A DNA stretch of 64,000 nt from an uncultured cyanobacterium (GTDB lineage Bacteria; Cyanobacteriota; Cyanobacteriia; Cyanobacteriales; Nostocaceae): assembly GCA_963740315.1 (NCBI GenBank), contig CAVUDP010000001.1, positions 384,001-448,000 of the forward strand, written 5' to 3'. The notes beneath the pieces are model-generated. The model was not told the DNA's origin, made no database searches, and saw only the letters and a list, made by a program, of their open reading frames with translations. The translations under genes were made by a program, and so were the position numbers. Numbering within the stretch: position 1 is the stretch's first letter; each line of letters starts with the position of its first letter. Shown piece by piece: positions 21,835-29,465 of this stretch.

Positions 21835-22182
21835 ATGGCAAAGAAGTCTCCCAACCCATTACAAAAACTTGTACGTGGTGTAATTAGGGACTTAATTAAC
21901 CAAGCTAACAATCAAAAGCCTGATAAATCAGAAAAGTCAGCGACTAAAAAACCAGCTATAACTAAGCCTCAAAATAAACGTTCGCGCTACATTCCTCCTT
22001 CAATTCGCGTTTCAGTTTTACACAGAGACAAATATAAATGCGTTTTCTGCGGTAGAAATGCAAAGCAAGTTGAGCTAGAAGTTGACCATATTATCCCTTT
22101 TTCCAAAGGTGGTAATAATGACCTTAACAATTTGCAAACTTTGTGTATACACTGCAACCGAGGAAAGAGCGCCGTTTGTTAA
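21835..22182 (+). CDS. HNH endonuclease
   Basis: RD.YKCVFCG...LEVDHIIPFSKGG.N...NLQTLC..CN..K. Confidence 0.92.
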   Translation: MAKKSPNPLQKLVRGVIRDLINQANNQKPDKSEKSATKKPAITKPQNKRSRYIPPSIRVSVLHRDKYKCVFCGRNAKQVELEVDHIIPFSKGGNNDLNNLQTLCIHCNRGKSAVC

Positions 22183-22204
22183 CTAAGAACTATATATAGC
22201 ATTC

Positions 22205-22237
22205 AAAACCCTTCAGTAAATTAGCTGAAGGGTTTTT
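22205..22237 (+). terminator. Intrinsic terminator after the HNH gene
   Basis: aaaacccttcag-loop-ctgaagggttttt. Confidence 0.75.
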
Positions 22238-22260
22238 ACTGTTTTCTAGAGCTTAAAAAC

Positions 22261-22338
22261 TGATGTTGGGTTACGACACGATTAACAAATATTCTTCTTA
22301 TCATCCTTATTTATTTTCGTGTCTAACCCAACCTACGT
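22261..22338. repeat. REPIN-like element (GTTGGGTTA...TAACCCAAC), copy 1
   Basis: Inverted arms around an AT-rich spacer; an inverted second copy lies at 26792-26866. Confidence 0.75.
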
Positions 22339-22508
22339 ACTTTGCATATTACCCTTGAAATTAATTTCAACGCACCAATGCGAGACTTCAAATAAACTTT
22401 AAGAATAGATTGTAATATTTCATTGATTTCTACGAGGTTGTAGCAAGTTTCGTCGGCTTAGACTTTGGTTAACAAGCTTACTTTGGCAAAATATTAGAGT
22501 ACGAGAAC

Positions 22509-23480
22509 ATGAATTCTTTACAACAGGATGCATTAGAAAAACTACGTAAAGCAACAATTGACGCTAGCGTAGCTCAAAAAATGGCTCAAAGAAATTTTGA
22601 AGAAGCTCAAATAGAACTATATAAATGGACGAAGCGACACAAATTAGCTATTGATGCAAATCGAGAGGACTTGATTGCTCATGCAAGATATGAGAAAGAG
22701 CGCTGCAAAGAAACTGTTAGCAGATTAAAAAATCTTGTTGACGGGCAAACATTACAATTAAATAAAATTAAGAGAAACTATAATTTTTGGGAACAAACAC
22801 ATTCTGAAGAACAAACTACAGTTTTGCTTCCAGAACCTAACAATAATACTTTCAGTGACTTCAAGAGTATAGAAAATAAATTGCTAGAGAGTCAAACCGA
22901 TGTAAAAGAAGTTTCACAGTCACACAATACTATCGATGAAAGCGAATTAGTTAATTTTGAAAGCATGGATGATGAATTAGCACGGTTAAAAGGTAAGTCG
23001 CTTAATAAATCTCAATATAAAACTCCAGATTACCAAGACTTCGAGAAGACTCTAAATGAAGCTATCGAACAAACAGAAGAAACTTTACAAATAACTGTTA
23101 GCAATCAAAAAGGGATGCAAAAACAATATAAACAAGCGCAGAAAGAAGCTAAAGAATTGCATACGAAGGCTCAAGTAGCTTTGCAAAACGATGATGATAA
23201 TCAAGCTTTGAATGCTCTCATCTCTAAAACTGTTCAAAAAAAATGTGTGAATGTAATAGAAAATCAATTAAAAGAACAGCAAGCAACACTAACTCTAATA
23301 AAAAATAACTTATCTGTTTTAGAAAAGGTAAAGCGAATATTTGAGAGTGAGGGAGAATTAGCTCAAATGATTAGTTCTGGGGAATTTGAGAATAGCTCTT
23401 TATTGTCTAGTGAATCTCCATTAGATCAAACTGTTGATTCTGAATTGGAATCCTTGAGAAAGGAATTGGATGAAATGTAA
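22509..23480 (+). CDS. Protein with two tandem PspA/IM30 (Vipp1, ESCRT-III-like) modules
   Basis: LRKA...S.AQK..Q...EEAQ.E..KW..R..LA..., DDELARLK; second module EK.L.EA...QK..QKQY.QAQ.EA..L..KAQ.AL.N.D...A; C-terminal VDSELESLRKELD. Confidence 0.75.
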   Translation: MNSLQQDALEKLRKATIDASVAQKMAQRNFEEAQIELYKWTKRHKLAIDANREDLIAHARYEKERCKETVSRLKNLVDGQTLQLNKIKRNYNFWEQTHSEEQTTVLLPEPNNNTFSDFKSIENKLLESQTDVKEVSQSHNTIDESELVNFESMDDELARLKGKSLNKSQYKTPDYQDFEKTLNEAIEQTEETLQITVSNQKGMQKQYKQAQKEAKELHTKAQVALQNDDDNQALNALISKTVQKKCVNVIENQLKEQQATLTLIKNNLSVLEKVKRIFESEGELAQMISSGEFENSSLLSSESPLDQTVDSELESLRKELDEM

Positions 23481-23629
23481 TTATTGTAGTTTCGTATTCT
23501 ATTTTTTCACTCAATACAATACTTCAAACAAACTTTAAAAATAGATTTAAATATTTCCTGAATTCTTCCGAGGTTGTAGCAAATTATATCAGCTTAGGCT
23601 TGGATGAATAAATTAAGAATAGCAAAATC

Positions 23630-24508
23630 ATGGAATACAACCAAATGGAAGTACAGCAAGATAAATTAGAAAAACTACGCTCTGCTCAAAAAGATTTTGA
23701 AAAAGCTCAAGCTAAAGCCTCGGAATGGGCTAAGGTATACCAACTTACTCTTGCTTCAAATCGAGATGATTTAATTTCTCGTGCTAAATATAAAAAACAG
23801 CGCTGCGAAGAAATTGCCAGCAGATTAAAAAATATTATTGACGAGCAAACATCGCAATTAAGTAAAATAAAAACAGACTTTAGCTATCACCAAAATCAAA
23901 TTTCTCAAACACGAAAAAATATTGTTACGGGAGCCGCTTTTATTGCTACTGGAACTATTGCGGGTGCTAATCTTTCTCCGATAATTGGCGGAATGGGTTT
24001 AGCTGGAAGTTTCGGAGCCGTTGGAATTGGAGCAGCCCCTGTAATTTGTGCTGGTGCTGTTACTGGTGCAGCAGCTTATGGTGCTGTGCAAGCAATTCAA
24101 GGAGATACAGTTGCAATGAGCGCGATCGCCATTGGTAGTATAGGCGGTGCAGGTGCTTCTAGCTTAATCGGAACTATGGGATTAGTTGCGCCAAAAATAG
24201 GGTTGGCAGTTGGTATTGGTACGATACCTATGGCAGCTATTGGTGGAGTTGTTGGGCTTGCTGCTTATGGTGTTGCAAAAATGTTGGATAAAACAGCAAT
24301 AAATAAAACTTCAGCAACAAGCGAAACTGCAATACAAGCTTTTGAGCGAATGGAAGAAAAGATTTTAGAGATGGATTTCTATTACGCTGCAAAACAGGAG
24401 TTACAAACGTTTTTATCTGGTGATGATTTGAATCCACAATTTGCAGCTATTGAAATTGAAGACGAATTACAGAAGCTCAAAAAACAACTTTTGACTGATA
24501 AATACTAA
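23630..24508 (+). CDS. PspA/IM30-like protein with an inserted double glycine-zipper hydrophobic domain
   Basis: PspA-like N-terminal hairpin, ~120-aa G/A-rich insert, then AIQAFERMEEKILEM...DL..QFAAIE.EDEL..LK.QL matching the Vipp1 C-terminal half. Confidence 0.75.
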   Translation: MEYNQMEVQQDKLEKLRSAQKDFEKAQAKASEWAKVYQLTLASNRDDLISRAKYKKQRCEEIASRLKNIIDEQTSQLSKIKTDFSYHQNQISQTRKNIVTGAAFIATGTIAGANLSPIIGGMGLAGSFGAVGIGAAPVICAGAVTGAAAYGAVQAIQGDTVAMSAIAIGSIGGAGASSLIGTMGLVAPKIGLAVGIGTIPMAAIGGVVGLAAYGVAKMLDKTAINKTSATSETAIQAFERMEEKILEMDFYYAAKQELQTFLSGDDLNPQFAAIEIEDELQKLKKQLLTDKY

Positions 24509-24555
24509 ACAATTAAGTTGATAAATTTGACTACTAATTAATCTAAAAATTAAAA

Positions 24556-25132
24556 TTACCAAATCATCTGTAAATCTAATACGACACCGGGTAAAACATC
24601 CTCTCCTGACAAATTATCTGGATTATCTAAAATTTCTACAACATTTCCAATTCGATAAATTTCAACTTGCCGATTTTTACGATTAATTAACCAACCCAAA
24701 CGCACACCATTACTTTTATATTCTTCCATCTTTTTCTGAGTCACTTTCAAACTATCGCTCGGTGAAAGTAACTCAATAACAAAATCGGGAGAAAGCGGTA
24801 AAAATTTCGTTTTTTGTTCGGGGGTTAATTCATTCCACCGTTCTAATTTTACCCAAGAAGCCCTACTGAGAGCGATCGGCACCATTGGGAAGTTTAAAAC
24901 CACCAGAAGAATCAAAGACAATTCCCAGGTTGTTTTTTTGATTCCATACCCACAATTGAGCAGTTAATCCTGCATTACGGTTGCTGCTTTCTCCCCCGAC
25001 TGGTGGCATAATTATTAATTCCCCGGTAGCGTTGCGTTCAAATCTTAAGTTTTGATTTGCTTGACATAGCTTAAAGAATTGCTCGTCTGTTAAATCAATA
25101 ATTGAATTAAAATCTACTGTTAAGGCTTGCAT
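24556..25132 (-). pseudogene. Uma2-family (DUF820) endonuclease, frameshifted
   Basis: FERNATGELIIMPP, FDSSGGFKLPNGADRS, then a frame change to SW...PDFVIELLSPSD. Confidence 0.85.
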
Positions 25133-25188
25133 GATATTAAACTTAAACTAAATTAATTTTTCGTGTTTAACCCAAACTAAAAATAAAA

Positions 25189-25665
25189 TTACCAAATCAT
25201 CTGTAAATCCAATACGAAACCGGGTAAAACATCCTCACCTGACAAACTATCTAGATTATCTAAAATTTCTACAACATTTCCAATTCGATAAATTTCAACT
25301 TGGCGATTTTTACGATTAATCAACCAACCCAAACGCACACCATTACTTTTATATTCTTCCATCTTTTTCTGAGTTGTTTTCAAACTATCGCTTGGTGAAA
25401 GTAACTCGATGACAAAATCAGGACAAAGCGGTAAAAATTTGGTTTTTTGTTCTGGTGTTAATGCATTCCACCGTTCTAATTTTACCCAAAAAGCCCTACT
25501 GAGAGCGATCGGCACCATTAGGAAGTTTGAAACCACCAGAAGAATCAAAGACAATTCCCAACTTATTTTTTTGATTCCATACCCATAAGCAGTTAATCCT
25601 GCATTGCGGTTGCTGCTCTCTCCTCCAACTGGTGCCATAACAATTAATGCCCCGGTAGCGTTGCA
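25189..25665 (-). pseudogene. Second Uma2-family copy, 5'-truncated with multiple frameshifts
   Basis: Tandem duplicate of 24556-25040 with the same lesion plus a 4-nt deletion; 5' end missing. Confidence 0.85.
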
Positions 25666-25740
25666 GGTAGGTATTTATAAGACTTGTAGCGTCACGCACC
25701 ATCCGAGATTTGTAATTGTTCTAAGTCTAATTTAAACAAC

Positions 25741-25835
25741 AAAAACCCAGCCATAAAGACCGGGTTTTTGCAGGTTTCATATAAGATAGGGGTCATAGTT
25801 CCCCAGTTAAATATAGTAAGTAAGCGATATTTTGC
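25741..25835 (-). ncRNA. Candidate small RNA (~95 nt)
   Basis: TTGACA(25870-25865)-17 bp-TATCTT promoter followed by an intrinsic terminator at 25741-25770; no convincing ORF. Confidence 0.45.
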
Positions 25836-25965
25836 TTATCTAAGATAGGATACCGATAGTGGAATGTCAATTCCGGAAAGTTTGAAATTTTTTTTATAAG
25901 ATTTTTTTAAAATCGCAACGCTTCTGAATGTACTATTATCTTTTCTAATAAACAACATCAGTATT

Positions 25966-26406
25966 TTATGTATTGTCTTTGGGGGCTACTGTCCAATCTT
26001 CAAACTGTAAATCAGGTATGCGAGAAAAATCTCGTTGATTCCGGGTTACTAAAATACCATTATGAGAAATGACAATTGACGCTATTCGTAAATCTTGCGT
26101 ACCAATACGAATTTTTTGCTGTTTTAATTCTGTGTAAATATTTATAGCTTTTTCATCAAAATCAAGTATTCTAATGATGTTAAAAAATTCTACTCCCTGT
26201 CGCAATCCTAAATAACCCCATTTTAGTCTTTTCGCTTCCGAAGACTGACGAATAACATCCAGCCAACCACGCATTTGTTCTTCAACAGTAATTACAGTAA
26301 CAGCGATATCCTCAGATTTTACCCGATCTATACGTTGTTTAATCAAAGGATTCTGGGTTTGAAAAAGTGTGATAATATCTGTATCTAGTATCCACAAACT
26401 CATCAA
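25966..26406 (-). CDS. PIN-domain (VapC-like) toxin
   Basis: WILDTD, ITVEE, GTQDLRIASI, LVTRNQRDF. Confidence 0.9.
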   Translation of the reverse strand: MMSLWILDTDIITLFQTQNPLIKQRIDRVKSEDIAVTVITVEEQMRGWLDVIRQSSEAKRLKWGYLGLRQGVEFFNIIRILDFDEKAINIYTELKQQKIRIGTQDLRIASIVISHNGILVTRNQRDFSRIPDLQFEDWTVAPKDNT

Positions 26407-26756
26407 ACTTCATCCTCTTCTATATTCATTTCTGCGTCTAATTCCTGTCGGTAAGCTGCGATGTTTGACACCACTTCATCAAATAAAGGATTATCTTTAT
26501 ACATCCCCGCAAATTTCATCCAAGGATGTTCAGTTGTTGGTGATTCTATCTCTTGGGTAACTATTTCTACATTTTTTAATCGATTTTCCATCAATTCATG
26601 CAAACTATCGATCGCTTCTTGTTTCGTTGTGGCAAATACTTGGCAATCTGGTAAACCCCAAACTGTTGCTTGATATCCACTTTCTTTGGCTTCAATTAAT
26701 ATTGAATAATTTAGTTTATCAGTTTGGGCAGTATTTTTGATTAAGTTAGTAGTCAT
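26403..26756 (-). CDS. Putative antitoxin (HicB-like N-terminus)
   Basis: YQATVWGLPDCQ..ATTKQEAI; HPWMKFAGMYKDNPLFDEV; 4-bp overlap with the PIN gene. Confidence 0.75.
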   Translation of the reverse strand: MTTNLIKNTAQTDKLNYSILIEAKESGYQATVWGLPDCQVFATTKQEAIDSLHELMENRLKNVEIVTQEIESPTTEHPWMKFAGMYKDNPLFDEVVSNIAAYRQELDAEMNIEEDEV

Positions 26757-26791
26757 ATTTTAGTAGTAGTTTGGTCGGTGAAGGTAAAGTT

Positions 26792-26866
26792 CGTAGGTTG
26801 GGTTAGACGCACCATAATATATGACCATTAAACGATAAATTCAAATTGCGTCGTAACCCAACATCA
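26792..26866. repeat. REPIN-like element, copy 2
   Basis: cgtaggttgggttagacgca...tgcgtcgtaacccaacatca; inverted relative to 22261-22338. Confidence 0.75.
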
Positions 26867-27072
26867 GCCTTGTCATATTCCGCATCTTCAGGATTATCCC
26901 AAATTTTTTGCAGCGTTGGTTCGGAAAGCTTTGTAGCAGCTAGGGTAAGGTTATAATCTTCATTCTGCCCAGATAAGGAATCAATATAATTTTCAACTAG
27001 CACCACTTGTTCGGGAACTAGCTGACGTAATTTTTCAATTAATCTTTGTTCGGGTATTTTATTAACTTGCAT
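26803..27072 (-). CDS. Orphan antitoxin-like protein (DUF2281-like); 3' end overwritten by a repeat
   Basis: LIEKLRQL.PEQV..VE.YID.L and KLSE..L.KIWDNPEDAEYD, then read-through into the repeat. Confidence 0.6.
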   Translation of the reverse strand: MQVNKIPEQRLIEKLRQLVPEQVVLVENYIDSLSGQNEDYNLTLAATKLSEPTLQKIWDNPEDAEYDKADVGLRRNLNLSFNGHILWCV

Positions 27073-27091
27073 TGTTTTATATCCTCAAATT

Positions 27092-27123
27092 GTAGAAAGA
27101 CGTAGCAGTGCTACGTCTCTACA
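27092..27123. repeat. GTAG-type REP-like palindrome (AGACGTAGCA.TGCTACGTCT)
   Basis: Related copies at 3325-3345 and 46038-46063. Confidence 0.8.
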
Positions 27124-27130
27124 TTATTGA

Positions 27131-28492
27131 TTAAACACCAACAGGTTCGCGTACTTCTACTACTTCCCCTGTCAAACTAAACGGACGCACTACGTTAATT
27201 TTCACTTTCACTATCTTCCCTTTTAGCTCGTTAATATCACCCGTGAAGAAGGTAAGACGATTGCCTCTTGTACGCCCCATCACCTGATTCTTATCTTTAG
27301 GATTCTCATCTTCTACCAAAACCTCTTCAATACGTCCCATATATCTTTCCGATCGCTCGGCTGCTTTGACATTTACAAGATGATTCAATCGCTGCAATCG
27401 ATCGCTTTTAACTTCTTCGCTCAATTGTTCTTCCCACTCCGCAGCTGGTGTATTTGGACGCGGTGAATATGCAGCGGTGTTCAACAAGTCAAAACCGATA
27501 TCTTCCGTCAGCTGCATCGTCTTCTGAAACTGTTCTTCTGTCTCTCCAGGAAAAGCAACGATCGCATCGGCACTAATTGAAGCATCTGGCATATACTCGC
27601 GAACTTTATCGATGATTCTACGATACTTTTCATGGGTATAACCCCTTGCCATCCGCTTTAAAACTTCGTTATCTCCCGATTGAAAAGGTATATGAAAATG
27701 TTCGCAAACCTTGGGTAACTCAGCACAAGCTTTAATTAATCTTTCAGTAAAATAACGGGGATGAGAAGTAGCAAATCTGATTCTTTCAATCCCCGGTACA
27801 TCGTGGACGTAATACAATAAATCCGTCAAAGTATTCTCACGGCGACCTTCTGGAGTAATTCCCGGTAAATCTCTTCCGTAAGCGTCAATATTTTGACCGA
27901 GTAAAGTAACTTCCTTATAACCCTGTCTTCCTAACTCTTCCATTTCGGCGCGAATCGCTTCCGGTGTCCGCGATTGCTCCACACCGCGCACCCCAGGAAC
28001 CACACAATAAGTACAGCGTTCGTTGCAACCGTAAATTACATTCACCCAAGCCGAAACCTGACTATCGCGACGCGGTTTGGTGATATCTTCCATAATATGT
28101 ACCGGCTCGGTTGCCACAACTTGAGAGCCACCGTACACTTCATGCAGCAAATCTTTTAAGCGGTTAGCGTGTTGGGGTCCCATAACCAAATCTAATTCTG
28201 GAACCCTTCTTAATAACGTTTCTCCTTCCTGCTGCGCCACACAGCCAGCTACAACCAAAGTTAAATCGGGTTTTTGACGCTTCCGTCTTACTTGTCTGCC
28301 CAGATAAGAATATACCTTTTGTTCTGCATTATCCCGGATAGAACAAGTATTACAAATAACTATATCTGCATCGTATTGGTCTTCGGACCACTCAAAGCCC
28401 ATGTCTTCTAAGATGCCAGCCATGCGTTCCGAGTCGGCTTTATTCATCTGGCAACCCAAGGTCATAATATGGTATTGGCGTTTGGCGATCAT
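27131..28492 (-). CDS. miaB: tRNA-2-methylthio-N6-dimethylallyladenosine synthase (probable start at 28492)
   Basis: [23 protein letters not shown] radical-SAM motif, C-terminal TRAM domain. Confidence 0.96.
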   Translation of the reverse strand: MIAKRQYHIMTLGCQMNKADSERMAGILEDMGFEWSEDQYDADIVICNTCSIRDNAEQKVYSYLGRQVRRKRQKPDLTLVVAGCVAQQEGETLLRRVPELDLVMGPQHANRLKDLLHEVYGGSQVVATEPVHIMEDITKPRRDSQVSAWVNVIYGCNERCTYCVVPGVRGVEQSRTPEAIRAEMEELGRQGYKEVTLLGQNIDAYGRDLPGITPEGRRENTLTDLLYYVHDVPGIERIRFATSHPRYFTERLIKACAELPKVCEHFHIPFQSGDNEVLKRMARGYTHEKYRRIIDKVREYMPDASISADAIVAFPGETEEQFQKTMQLTEDIGFDLLNTAAYSPRPNTPAAEWEEQLSEEVKSDRLQRLNHLVNVKAAERSERYMGRIEEVLVEDENPKDKNQVMGRTRGNRLTFFTGDINELKGKIVKVKINVVRPFSLTGEVVEVREPVGV

Positions 28493-28842
28493 TGGTAATT
28501 CGTTTGAGTATGTAGGATTTACAGATTTCACGATCAATTTTAATAAAGTAATTTAGGTAAATAAAACTATCTATACTTATTTGTATCCTAGTTATATTAG
28601 CAGGGCTATTTTCAGCCAGCGGCTCCAGCATCTTTAACTGGGACTGGTATTTTAACAATTATCGCGCTCGCTTTCTGGTTAAAATAATTGGTCGTCGGGG
28701 CGCACGAATATTTTACATGGTTTTCGGGTTGTTTCTCGTTGGCTTGGGAACTGCTCTTAGGAACGCTAATACGTAAAGTTATTTCATGCATGCTACAACA
28801 AATTACAAAACTTGTTCGTAGTCAGCGATTTATCGCTCAAAT

Positions 28843-29408
28843 CATGGAATATATAGCTGATGAAAAGATACCCGAAAATATCAATCAATGGAATTGCACG
28901 GAATCCGATTACCGCAATTTTAAGAAAACCGATTGGGTGCTGACAGAAAAGATTCACGGTGCTAATTTTGGGATTGTAACGGATGGCTTGGAAGTTAGAT
29001 TTGCCAAAAGAAAGCAATATCTAGATTCCTCTTAAGATTTTTTTGACTATAAGTTGTTGCAGGATGAATTAATTTTACAAGCTTGGGAAATCGCTACCAT
29101 CAAGCGCAAAATGGATTTATCAAAATCAAAATTAAGAATTGAGCTTTGAAGATGAATTATCTCAAGAAATGCTTGTTTTGGTAACTGTGACGAGATTAAA
29201 TAATGTAATTTCTAAATTCGGTAGAGTTACAAATCAAGATATAGAGAAACAACAGCAACTCGTAGATTTATTAGTAAAAGATGTTATAGAAAGCTTTAAC
29301 GAAGAGTATGCAAGTATTCTTAATGCTTTATTGCCCTCAATTGTGAATAATATAATGGTAGAGTTACATCAAGCGTCGCGAAAGTTAATGAATGATTATT
29401 TTAGATAA
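28843..29408 (+). pseudogene. Rnl2-family RNA ligase remnant
   Basis: WVLTEKIHGANF (motif I), FAKRK (motif Ia), then stop; downstream fragment VTVTRLNNVISKFG resembles the Rnl2 C-domain; central motifs missing. Confidence 0.7.
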
Positions 29409-29465
29409 CCATTATTCAACGATTAGTTTCGACATGATATTTTTGGCTTTACCACCGCAGTTCAC

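Noticed and set aside
24862..24868. Stop-codon readthrough at the shared TAG in the Uma2 copies
   Set aside because: The downstream sequence is also out of frame and the catalytic PD codons are lost
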